The translations under genes were made by a program, and so were the position numbers. A DNA stretch of 61,127 nucleotides, counting the filler. It is 8 parts of 8 records of this genome, joined end to end, with 100 filler letters (N's around TTAATTAATTAA, not from the genome) between each part and the next. Parts side by side here need not be neighbours in the genome. Positions count along the whole stretch, not along the records: positions 1 to 6,129 come from SRR31156797_30906; positions 6,230 to 17,132 come from SRR31156797_30937; 6 more parts are not named here. One strand, 5' to 3'. Position 1 is the stretch's first letter. Each line of letters starts with the position of its first letter. Shown here in pieces: positions 1 through 10,212 of this stretch. Below the pieces are notes generated by a model that searched no databases, was not told the origin of the DNA, and saw only the letters and a program-made list of their open reading frames with translations.

Positions 1-1259
1 TTTAAACTTTTGTTAATGGTGTTGTATGGTGCGGTAACCACTTCGTCGCCTTCACCAAGGCCTTTTAAAACCTCAATGCTGTTGTTGTCCTGGATTCCTG
101 TTTCAACCTCAACTTTTCGAACTTTACCATCGGCATAAACAAACACCACTTCCTGTTTTTCTTCGCGCTGAGGTGTTTCTTCGTCGTTGTCCGAATTTTC
201 GGTATTATCATCTTTTACTTCAACGGTACCACCACTTTCTTTTTTAATTCGGGTAGTAACGGCAGAAATTGGAACCGATATAACGTTATCGCGGGTTTCG
301 GTAAGAATATCAACTGTAGCTGACATACCCGGGCGGAAAGGATAGAGGTTTCCAGTTTCCGGATCGATCAGGTCTTCATACGAATCTTTGAGCAATAATA
401 CTTTTACATCGAAATTGGTAACCTGGTCGGCAGTGGTGCCGGTAGTACTGGCCGAGTTGGCAATTTCGGTAACAATACCTTTGAATTTGCGGTTCAGGTA
501 GGCGTCAACCTCCACCAGTGCGGTATCGAATTTCATTACTTTAACAATGTCGTTTTCGTTAACTTCTACCTGAACTTCCATACGGTTTAAGTCTGCAACA
601 GTCATCATCTCGGTACCAACCATCATACTGGTTCCAACCACACGTTCACCTTTTTCAACTTCCAGAGCCGAGATCGTTCCTGTAATAGGGGCATAGATCT
701 TTGTTTTTGTCAATTGTTCCTCTGCTTCTTCCAACGAAGCTTCGGCACTGCGTACTGAGTATTCCGCAGCTCGCACTTCAGCTTGCGAAACTTTAAATGC
801 TGCTTCGGCCGACTCGAATTCGGAAACCGGAATTGTTCCTTTTTCAAACAACTGTTTAGACCTTTTGTACTGTAACTCTTGCTCAATCTCTTGTGCCTGA
901 GCCTGGGCTAACCTTGCTTTCGACGAATTTACCGAAGCTTCTGCGCGATTTACCTGCGATTCGTACATTTCGGGTTTAATCACACACAATAAATCACCTT
1001 TTTGTACCGGCTCTCCTTCTTGTACTTGCAACTGAACAATCTCACCTGCTACATCAGGGCTGATTTTAACCTCTGTTTCGGGTTGAATTTTTCCGTTGGC
1101 AGTAATAAACTCGGTTATGGTTTTGCTTGCAACTTTCTGGGTGGCAACTTTTATGGTGAGATCGTTGCCAAACCAACCTTGTTTTTTACCCACAACAAGA
1201 ACAATAATTGCAACGACTGCAATGGCTATAACAATAGGAAGTATCTTTTTTTGCTTCAT
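1..1259 (-). CDS. Efflux RND/MacA-type periplasmic adaptor subunit (3' end runs off the window)
   Basis: Hand translation from ATG 1259: MKQKKILPIVIAIAVVAIIVLVVGKK (membrane anchor), ANGKIQPETEVKISPDVAGEIVQLQVQEGEPVQKGDLL (lipoyl half), coiled coil, IYAPITGTI, RPGMSATVDI, VETGIQD. Missing from the ORF track because it has no stop in the window. Confidence 0.9.
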   Translation of the reverse strand, partial: MKQKKILPIVIAIAVVAIIVLVVGKKQGWFGNDLTIKVATQKVASKTITEFITANGKIQPETEVKISPDVAGEIVQLQVQEGEPVQKGDLLCVIKPEMYESQVNRAEASVNSSKARLAQAQAQEIEQELQYKRSKQLFEKGTIPVSEFESAEAAFKVSQAEVRAAEYSVRSAEASLEEAEEQLTKTKIYAPITGTISALEVEKGERVVGTSMMVGTEMMTVADLNRMEVQVEVNENDIVKVMKFDTALVEVDAYLNRKFKGIVTEIANSASTTGTTADQVTNFDVKVLLLKDSYEDLIDPETGNLYPFRPGMSATVDILTETRDNVISVPISAVTTRIKKESGGTVEVKDDNTENSDNDEETPQREEKQEVVFVYADGKVRKVEVETGIQDNNSIEVLKGLGEGDEVVTAPYNTINKSL

Positions 1260-1353
1260 TTTGAAGGAAGTTTTTTTTATATGTAAAGAATCGACATCTA
1301 AAATTACAAGAAAATTTCAATCTGCGCTCAAATTTCTCCAAGTGTTTCTGTTG

Positions 1354-2604
1354 TTATTCTTTTATTAGCATCCGGGCAGTTAGCCTGCTGTGTTGTTCCA
1401 GGTAAATATCTTTTTGGCTAACCATCCAATCCAAAACATCTTCGGTGTAATGCCTGATAGTTACCAGCGTTAGGTCAGTATTGTATCTGATTTTATAATG
1501 CACCGATAATTCGTCAAAAATTTCACTTAGGTTTTCATCCGAAGCGTCGGCCACAATATTCAGGTCGATTGCCGACTGCTGCATCAAGGTTACCTTAATG
1601 CGCTTGTCCATTAGAAATTTGACTACCCGTTCAATATCACTAATATCAATAATAGAAAAATCAAGTGCCGAAAGTGTGATAAGTACCTGGTTTTCTTTTA
1701 ATATAAAAATTGGAGGTAGTTCCAGCTTGTGGTTAATTTGATGAATGGTCGTACCTTCATCCTGAGGTTCAATAAACGATTTTACTAAAAGAGAGATTCC
1801 TTTGTTATGCAGCGGTTGCATGGTTTTGGGATGAATAACTTTGGCTCCTGAATTGGTCATCTCAACCGCCTCTTTGTACGAAAGTTCATTGATTTTTACG
1901 GCATCATCCATTTTTTTAGGGTCAGCACTTAAAATTCCTGGCACATCTTTCCAAATCGAAACATTGTCAGCCATTAAAGAACTCCCGATAATAGCTGCAG
2001 TAAAATCCGATCCTTCGCGACCCAGTGTGGTGGTGAGATTTGTTATGGTAGATCCCATAAAACCCTGGGTAATGTACAGGTTGGTGCCGTTAAATGAGAA
2101 TTCTTTCTTCATCAGGTCTTCTGTCCAGGTCCAGTTAACCTTTGCATCGCGGAAAGTATCGTCGGTTTTTAAGCAGGTCCGAATGTCTACCCACCTGTTT
2201 GCATGTCCGGCAGCATTCATGTATTCGCTTATAATGTTGGTTGAAATCAACTCTCCGTAACAAATAATCTGATCGTATTCAAAATTATAATCGTACGAGG
2301 GGCGTGTATTTAGTTTGTGTTCAAGCTCTGAAAATAACTTGTATACCGTTAAAGGCATTCCTTTTTCACCAAACAGTTCGTCGATAATTTGGAGGTGATA
2401 GGTTTTGAGGTCATTAAAAATAGCTTCGGTTTCGTTTTTGCTTTTGAAATAGGCTTTTATTAATATTTCCATCAGGTCGGTACTTTTTCCCATTGCAGAA
2501 ACTACAACCGCTAAATTGCCTTTTTCACTTTTTATGATCTCAAAAACATTTTTTACAGCATCGGCGCTTTTTACCGAAGCTCCGCCAAATTTGAATACCT
2601 TCAT
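1354..2604 (-). CDS. lysC: Aspartate kinase (monofunctional)
   Basis: N-terminal VFKFGGASV, VVVSAMG, TTLGREGSDFTAA, WKDVPG, ADP, GAKVIHP motifs of the amino-acid kinase family. Confidence 0.9.
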   Translation of the reverse strand: MKVFKFGGASVKSADAVKNVFEIIKSEKGNLAVVVSAMGKSTDLMEILIKAYFKSKNETEAIFNDLKTYHLQIIDELFGEKGMPLTVYKLFSELEHKLNTRPSYDYNFEYDQIICYGELISTNIISEYMNAAGHANRWVDIRTCLKTDDTFRDAKVNWTWTEDLMKKEFSFNGTNLYITQGFMGSTITNLTTTLGREGSDFTAAIIGSSLMADNVSIWKDVPGILSADPKKMDDAVKINELSYKEAVEMTNSGAKVIHPKTMQPLHNKGISLLVKSFIEPQDEGTTIHQINHKLELPPIFILKENQVLITLSALDFSIIDISDIERVVKFLMDKRIKVTLMQQSAIDLNIVADASDENLSEIFDELSVHYKIRYNTDLTLVTIRHYTEDVLDWMVSQKDIYLEQHSRLTARMLIKE

Positions 2605-2654
2605 AATCTTTGCTTAATGTCGTAACCAAAATACTACGAGCAAGTTTAACCTTG

Positions 2655-2662
2655 CAAAGCTA
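2655..2662 (-). promoter_or_regulatory. Bacteroidota-type -7 promoter element (TAnnTTTG) upstream of aspartate kinase
   Basis: Minus strand reads TAGCTTTG about 50 nt upstream of the start at 2604. Confidence 0.5.
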
Positions 2663-2765
2663 AAATTTTTCATATTTTGTATTACTAATCTTTATCATCC
2701 AAAATTTCTTAATGGATGTGTTATCTTAGATGCCTTCAAAAAAACACTCAAAAAAAACTGCGCAA

Positions 2766-5147
2766 ATGAAGTATTCTTATTTATTTCTTTTTTTTCTGAC
2801 GGGATTAACCGCTTTTGGTCAGATTCAGAAAAATAACAAAAGCCCTTTAACCATTGAAACCATTATGCAAGATCCTGCTCAGTGGATAGGAACTTCTCCG
2901 TCAGATATAAGGTGGGCAGAAGACGGATCGAAGATCTATTTTAATTGGAATCCCCAGCAGGATACCCTGGAAGCACTTTATGCTTACAGTGTAGCAACAA
3001 AACAAATTGAAAAGGTTGCTTTGGATGAAAGAAGGAGCTTGTCTGGGAAATATGGATCATACAACAGAGACAAAAACCAAAAAGTTTATGTTCGTAAGGG
3101 GAATGTGTTTTTGCTGGATTTAGAATCGGGAAAAGAAAAAAAACTAACAAACTGGCTCGATCAGTGTTCATCTCCGGAATTCGTGATGAGTGACATTAAA
3201 GTGGCATTTACAAAAAACAATAACTTGTTTACTCTTGATTTGTCAAATGGTTTGGTTACACAGCTTACCAATTTTGTAAAAGGAAATGACACCCCTAAAA
3301 AAATGAGCCGGGGGCAGGAAAAGTGGTTGGAAGATCAGCAAAAAGAATTATTTGAAGTTTTGAATGAGCGAGCGACAAAAGAAGAAGCACGTAAAAATAA
3401 ACGGGAAGTAGAAAAAGATGAAAAGCCAGTAACGATTTATACCGGTAAAAAGAAAGTTGGAAGGCTTTCTTTAAGTCCAAGTGGTAATTTTGTAATCTTC
3501 TCGTTATACGACAGGGCCTCAGGTGCAAAATCGACTTCGGTAACACATCACATTACCAAATCGGGTTATACCGAAGACCAAAATGCCCGACCAAAGGTTG
3601 GAAGCCCGCACGGAAATGAAGAAATGGGGATTTATGATGTAAAGAATAATAAAGTAGTTGAGATTGAAAAGTCGACTATAACGGGTTTAAAGGATTTGCC
3701 GGATTATTTAAGCGATTATCCTGAAAAAATGCCAAAAGAAGGAGAAGAGATGCCCGACCGAAAGGTAAATTTAAGAGGACCCCTCTGGAATGAAACAGAA
3801 GATTTAGCCGTGGTTGTCGCACTTTCGGAAGATAACAAAGATCGCTGGATTCTTCTGCTGGACCCGTCAACCGGAAAACTGGAATTACTCGATCGCCAAC
3901 GTGACGAAGCATGGGTAGGTGGCCCGGGCATTGGAGGCTGGGGCTATTCAACTGGTAATATTGGATGGATGCCCGGAGGTAAATCGCTTTGGTTTCATTC
4001 CGAAGAATCGGGGTATTCTCACCTTTACTCAGTTGATATTTACACCAAAGAAAAAACCACACTTACAAAAGGTGAGTTTGAAGTGTCAAACGCATTTATT
4101 TCAAAAAACAAAAAACATTTTTACCTGACTGCAAACAAAGTGCACCCCGGAGTAAAGCATTTTTATAAGATGCCGGTTTGGGGAGGAAAACTTACCCAAA
4201 TTACAGCGGTTGATGGAGGAAATGAGGTCTCAATTTCTCCGGATGAAAAATACCTGGCTATTCGCCATTCTGAAGCCAATAAACCCTGGGAACTTTACTT
4301 GCAGAAAAACGAGCCGAAAGCTGAGCCCGAACAGTTAACGCAATCAACAACCAGAGCTTTTAATAAATACCAGTGGCGTATTCCGGAATATATTACATTC
4401 GAAGCAAAAGACGGAGCAAAAGTACATGCACGTTTGTACCGGCCTGATTCGCCTGAGAAACAAGGACCAGCAGTAATTTTTGTTCATGGTGCAGGGTATT
4501 TGCAGAACGCACATAAATGGTGGAGCAGCTATTTTCGCGAATACCAGTTTCATAATATTCTGGTGGATAATGGCTATACGGTACTGGATATTGACTACCG
4601 CGCAAGTGCAGGATATGGCCGGGATTGGCGTACCGGAATTTATCGGTGGATGGGGGGTTTAGATTTGTCAGATCAGGTAGATGGTGCAAAGTTCCTGACT
4701 GAAAAATACGATGTTTCGCCAGAACGTATTGGGATTTACGGTGGTTCGTACGGCGGTTTTATTACACTGATGGCCATGTTTAATCATCCCGATGTTTTTA
4801 AGGCGGGAGCAGCACTACGTTCGGTTACCGATTGGGCACATTATAATCATGGTTATACCTCAAATATTTTAAATACCCCGGTAGAAGATAGTTTAGCATT
4901 TGTAAAAAGTTCACCTATTTATTTTGCCGAAGGCTTGGAAGGAGCTTTATTGATGTGCCACGGAATGGTCGACGATAATGTGCAGTTTCAGGATATTGTT
5001 CGTTTAACCCAGCGTTTAATTGAGCTGGGCAAGGAAAACTGGGAGCTAGCTGTTTATCCGGTAGAACCGCATGGTTTTCGGGAACCCAGCAGCTGGACAG
5101 ATGAGTATAAACGAATATATAAACTGTTTGAAGAAAACCTGAAATAA
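2766..5147 (+). CDS. S9 family (dipeptidyl-peptidase IV-like) serine peptidase, exported
   Basis: Signal peptide from ATG 2766 (MKYSYLFLFFLTGLTAFG; ORF track starts 2730), beta-propeller region, catalytic GGSYGG, DDNV, HGF. Confidence 0.9.
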   Translation: MKYSYLFLFFLTGLTAFGQIQKNNKSPLTIETIMQDPAQWIGTSPSDIRWAEDGSKIYFNWNPQQDTLEALYAYSVATKQIEKVALDERRSLSGKYGSYNRDKNQKVYVRKGNVFLLDLESGKEKKLTNWLDQCSSPEFVMSDIKVAFTKNNNLFTLDLSNGLVTQLTNFVKGNDTPKKMSRGQEKWLEDQQKELFEVLNERATKEEARKNKREVEKDEKPVTIYTGKKKVGRLSLSPSGNFVIFSLYDRASGAKSTSVTHHITKSGYTEDQNARPKVGSPHGNEEMGIYDVKNNKVVEIEKSTITGLKDLPDYLSDYPEKMPKEGEEMPDRKVNLRGPLWNETEDLAVVVALSEDNKDRWILLLDPSTGKLELLDRQRDEAWVGGPGIGGWGYSTGNIGWMPGGKSLWFHSEESGYSHLYSVDIYTKEKTTLTKGEFEVSNAFISKNKKHFYLTANKVHPGVKHFYKMPVWGGKLTQITAVDGGNEVSISPDEKYLAIRHSEANKPWELYLQKNEPKAEPEQLTQSTTRAFNKYQWRIPEYITFEAKDGAKVHARLYRPDSPEKQGPAVIFVHGAGYLQNAHKWWSSYFREYQFHNILVDNGYTVLDIDYRASAGYGRDWRTGIYRWMGGLDLSDQVDGAKFLTEKYDVSPERIGIYGGSYGGFITLMAMFNHPDVFKAGAALRSVTDWAHYNHGYTSNILNTPVEDSLAFVKSSPIYFAEGLEGALLMCHGMVDDNVQFQDIVRLTQRLIELGKENWELAVYPVEPHGFREPSSWTDEYKRIYKLFEENLK

Positions 5148-5229
5148 GAAATCAATTTCAGCTGGGAGGTGAAGGTACAACCCGAATCAGTGCCTTCGCA
5201 TTTTATTCAACAAAACATACTTATTAAAT

Positions 5230-5808
5230 ATGAAAAAAGTGTTATTGCTGTTGGCCTAAGGATTTGAATTGTATGAAGCCAGTGTTTTTATCGATGTAAT
5301 TGGTTGGAACCTGGAAGAGGGAGACGGATCGACAAAACTATTTACCGGTGCTTTAAAAAAAGAAATAAAAAGTACGTTTAATCAGCGTTTTGTTGTTGAT
5401 TATTTGGTGGATGAAATTGATGTAAACGAGTTTGATGCTTTGGCCATTCCCGGAGGATTTGAAATCTATGGTTTTTACGATGATGCTTATGCCGATCGGT
5501 TTCTTAAGCTTATTCAAGAGTTTTATAATCAGGGAAAAATTATTGCTCCCATTTGTGTTGGAGCCCTTCCTGTTGGCAAAAGTGGGATACTAAAGGGTAA
5601 AAAAGGAACAACATATAATAGGGATGTGAGGAGAGAAGTGCTGGCAGAATATGGGGTACAAGTGCTTCATCAGCCAGTAGTTGAAGATGACGAAATTATT
5701 ACTTCATGGAATCCGTCAACAGCAATACATGTTGCGTATCGTTTGTTGGAAAAGTTAACGACAAAAGAGAATACAGCTAAAGTGCAAAAACTTATGGGAT
5801 TTGTTTAA
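5230..5808 (+). pseudogene. DJ-1/PfpI family protein with premature TAA at codon 10 (or sequencing error)
   Basis: ATG 5230 reads MKKVLLLLA*GFELYEAS in the same frame as the tracked ORF 5269-5808; TAA at 5257-5259; FDALAIPGG and ICVG motifs intact. Confidence 0.75.
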
Positions 5809-5967
5809 TTTTCTGCCAGGTGAAAGTTGTAAAAATGCACATTAAAAAAATTGAAAAAAACATTGAGAATACCATTTAATACCCAGTGTATTCTAAATTA
5901 CTTTTGTTTAATTGCACCATTGTTAAATGGAATGAGAAAAAGAAGTATGTAATCTTTAAGTACTCAA

Positions 5968-6129
5968 ATGGGATCAAAAAAACTTAATAGAATAAAACGA
6001 TTACTGTTGTGGCTTTTGCTTTTTTTAGGTGTGTTAATTGTTGTGTTGCTGGTTTTATCTCCTGTATTAACCAAAAACTACATCAATAAAAATGGTAAAG
6101 ACATAACCGGGCGAAAAATTAGTATTGAA
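5968..6129 (+). CDS. N-terminus of a membrane-anchored DUF748/AsmA-like protein (truncated by contig end)
   Basis: Basic N-terminus, TM helix, then SPVLTKNYINKNGKDITGRKISIE, resembling DUF748-type starts; only 54 codons available. Confidence 0.5.
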
Positions 6130-6229
6130 NNNNNNNNNNNNNNNNNNNNNNNNNNNNNNNNNNNNNNNNNNNNTTAATTAATTAANNNNNNNNNNNNNNN
6201 NNNNNNNNNNNNNNNNNNNNNNNNNNNNN
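6130..6229. other. Artificial contig spacer
   Basis: 100 nt of N with central TTAATTAATTAA (stops in all six frames). Confidence 0.98.
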
Positions 6230-9200
6230 AGCCGCGCGGTAATGACCGATTCTCCCCGGCCAAATGATTTTTCCCCGTCGACTGCCGCGGCCATGATCCG
6301 ATAACGGGTCAGGTTGTCCGGCAATTTCAGGGGAATTTTCGCCCGGCCCGAGGCATCTGTTTTAACCCCGGGGACAAAAGCGGCCAAGGGATTGAAATCC
6401 ATTCTCATGCGGAAAGGCGCCTCGCCGCCCGGCGCCTCGCCTTCCGGCGCTTCTCCTTCCTCAAGACTGAGAGCCATGATTTCCGCGGCAGCGCCGGCTT
6501 GAAAATCGTCTAACATTAAATCATCATATTCATCATATTGCTGCTTTTCAGCCAGAATCCGCCTGGCCCTTTCCGGATCGTCCAAGACGATATTTCTCCG
6601 TGAATGATCAGAATATACATCCGGCGGACGTTTAGGATAAAAATCATTTAATGGATCCGGAGATTTGAATCCCGTCAGGGCAAGTATGGCTTCGTCCACA
6701 ACAACAATAGCTATTTCGCCATTTTCAACCGGACGGTCCTGGTCGTCCGAGAGAACCGCTTCTATAACGGTTTCACCGCCAGGCTCAATTTCTTTTTGAC
6801 CGGGCGTAACTTGCAGATACATTTGACGCGTTATCGGCGGCGTGGGGATAAGGATCGAACCGGAAGCGTACGCAGGACGGAAGCTTTTCTCATCGCCCTG
6901 CCCGGTGGATGTCTCGGCTCGAGGAGTCGCGCCAGTCAAGTCCACCCGGAAATGAATGTTTGGAACGTGGTCTTCCGTAACTGGAACCCGCCAGGTTAAC
7001 GAAGGGCCGGCCATCGAAATTCTGTGTTTCTCCAACAAACCTGACCGCGTTATAAAAACCAAACCTTCCGCCGGCCAGAAGGGCGACTGAATCAGTATTT
7101 CCGCATCATCCCCCGGCGCATATTCAGGCCGGTCGGGAATCAGACTCACTTTTTCCTGTTCCACCCGGTCAACCGTGGGTCGACGCCCCCCGCCGCCCCA
7201 AATTATGATTTCAGTCTTATTAATGCGCCCGGACTTGTCATGAACCTGAGCAATAATTTTGTATTCGCCTCCCCGTTCAAAAACGCAGTCATAGACGACC
7301 GGGTCTTCAGCCGTAATCACTGTCTCTGTAAAAACATCTTCTTCCGTTTCCCGCCATTTCCCATTCTGGAACGAATAATCAATCCTGACAGCGGTTATGT
7401 TTATTTCCCGGCCGGCCAGAGAACTTCCATCCAAATCACAGGCAATTATCTCAATCGATAGAGGCTTGCCCGATTGTATAAACGGACGGGCCGACTTCAA
7501 GCCCACGTATTCGTCGGCAGGATGAACCAGAATTATCCGGTTGGCCGACCAGGCCTGCCTGTTTAAATCCATTACCGTGGCTTGTGATGTTATTGATGTC
7601 GGCCCAGCCGCCGGGACAGACGCAAAATCAATGCCCAGGCTATGTTTCCCCAGGGCGTCCAGGCGGCCGGAATAAGATTTTGATTCGGCCGGCCCCGTAT
7701 CGTCATCATGATAGAAAAACCAAGGCGGAGACCATTTGCCGAAAGAGAAATCATCCCGGCCCGGTGGGTAAAATTGAGCTGGTGTTGATGTGATCAGCCA
7801 TTCCACTTCTGCGCCCGGAAGTGTTCCGCCGGCGTAATAACCGGCCTCAACTATTAATGAGCAGCTATCACCTTGCAGATGAGGCCCTTCATCAGATTTC
7901 ACCGATACTTCAAATTCCGGACGCCGAAATTCCTGCACCTGGACCCCGTGATAATAAGCCCGGCCTTCAAAATTTCCTTTTCCACCGGCTGCCTTCAAAG
8001 AAAGGCCTGCCTCCCCCAGGTTCATGTTTTCAGGCAGGTTCAATTTGAAATCAAATCCGCCTAACGCGCCCGGAATAACTTTACCTTTGGCCAACTCGTT
8101 TCCCATTGGCCCGGTCAGTCGGTATTCGATCCAACGCACGGCATCACCGACAAGACCGATGTCGCCCCTCGGCCCCGCGCCTTCCCTTCTTATCCAGCCC
8201 TTGACATGGACTTCTTCCCCGGGACGATATATGCCTCGGTCGTCAAAGACGCACCATCTAAGCCTGTCAACCGGTGAGCGCCGTCGCCACGTTCCGCTTT
8301 CCCAACCATATTGATACTCGGTCAGAATGACAGAATCCGATCCCTTGCTGGCAATAATGGCTTTGGAAGCGCCCTTTGTTTTTCCCGGCAATTCAATTTG
8401 AGCCAGACCGCTCGAATCAGTAACCGAATCAGGACCATTAGGATACATTTCTACTGAAACTCCCTCCATTGGAGTTCCATCAGACAATCGCGCGGCCCAT
8501 ATAACCATTTTTTCATAATCGTAAAAGACATCCAGGCCGATTTCAGTCTTCTGCACCCAGGCCTTTATAGACTCGGGCATTTCCCTCCCGGGTTTTACCA
8601 AGGATCGAAATTTACCCAAATTAGGCTTTATATGGACGATGGCCTGGCCCACACCGTCCTTTAAGGCCGGCTCAAGGTCAATTATTGTTTCCGCGAGTTC
8701 ATCAGGGGCTGCGCTTACTCCAATTCTTACCTTATTAACCAGCAAGCCCGGTATGTCCCCCTTGCCCCTCAAATGGGCGTTAAAATCCCCCCATTGTTCC
8801 GGTGAAACGCTATAAAGGCTCACATCCAGGTATTCATAGTTAATGGTGAAAACCGAATAAGCCGCCGGGCCAATCGGGTCGACTGTTGAAAAATCGCCCG
8901 CCGGAGCATACATTCCCGGATAGCCTGAAATAACTTTAAATGATACAGACTTTTCACTCCCCAATTCCTGGCCGAAAACATCCTTTATTCCAGGATCCAG
9001 TTGTACTTTATAAACTGTTTGACCCCGGGTCGGGCCGGACAGTTGCATATGCCGGTCGGAAATTTCAATCTTCAATCCTGTAACTTCCGGTTCAACTCGC
9101 ACCATGGACTCTTCAAAGCATTCAACATCAATAGGATTGTTGAATTCGATATTCCAGGGCATAAGGGGGCGGCATTCCTTTTCCCAGTAACAACCGTGCT

Positions 9201-10152
9201 TCAAAACCTTTAAAGGGCTGTAAGTGCTGAATTTGAACCCGGCGTCCTTCTTGGTCCTGACCGGTCCTTCGGCGGAAGGCGTACCCTTTGGAAATACGAC
9301 TGAAACTTTTTTACCCGCGGGTAACTTTTCATTACACCGAAAAGCCATCCAACGATTTTCCGCCGCGGACTCCACCATATGCTTTACTTCAGGATCGGCT
9401 TCAATTTCCTCATCCTCGGCCGGCCGAACGGAGAATTCCTTGCGTCCTGCTTCGACTTTTATGAATTCCAGGATTTCTCTCGGCTTTATATGCTGGTTGA
9501 ATTCGGCAAACATTACCGTATCCAAGGCATACGGCCCGCTATAAGGGTAGCATCTGACAACCTCGAGAGGCGGAGTTGAAAAAGTCCAGGTTAATTCCTT
9601 TTTTAACCTGGCCCCAGTCATTGATTCTGTTCCCTTGGGAATCCTGATTTTATATTCGGTCGCCATGGGAAACCGGCCTTCGGGTTCAAAAAACAGCGTG
9701 GTCGTCCCGACCCAGCGCCACTTTCCTTCCGGCGTGGGATCAAGTATAACCGGGACTTCCATGGCGGCCGTATCATCATATCCAGTAAGAGGGACCATTG
9801 GGCGGGAAAAAACAATGCTGATATTTGCGGCCAGGGGAATATCGCCTTCCGGTGAAAACCGCAGAACCTCCAACTCGCCGCCTTCTTCAGTTGATGGAAC
9901 AGGAGGACCGCCCGCTTTTTCGACAATCGGGACGTCTATGATTTTACCGGTTTTCGGCGGCGGCAATGATTTGTCCGGTATGTGGATTTCCTCGCCTTGA
10001 GTTTCATCTTCCGGCAAATCAGGCATACGGCTCAGGATGCGGCCGAGTTTTTCATCGTCCAGCTTTTCAGCCTGCACGACTTTTATCTTTGCCGGCGCGG
10101 CTTTGCGCTGCTCGCCTTCTCTCAATCGTATTTTAATTTCGCCCATGATCAT
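6230..10152 (-). CDS. Bacterial alpha-2-macroglobulin family protein (C-terminus truncated)
   Basis: Ig-like N-terminal domains, MG2 motif FDDRGIYRPGEEVHVKG, VQEFRRPEFEV, YAPGDDAEILIQSP, VVDEAILAL, acidic bait-like segment, LPDNLTRYRIMAAA. Likely start is the second ATG (10146), given spacing from AGGGGG. Confidence 0.88.
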
Positions 10153-10212
10153 CCCCCTATCCTACTCAATTATAACATGTCCCCATGTTTTTTCTTAAGC
10201 GGGAGCAGGCGC

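Noticed and set aside
2605-2765. Lysine riboswitch upstream of aspartate kinase
   Set aside because: Short AT-rich divergent promoter region with no recognisable riboswitch helices.
5257-5259. Stop-codon reassignment or Sec/Pyl readthrough
   Set aside because: The codon is TAA, which ends neighbouring genes on the same contig.
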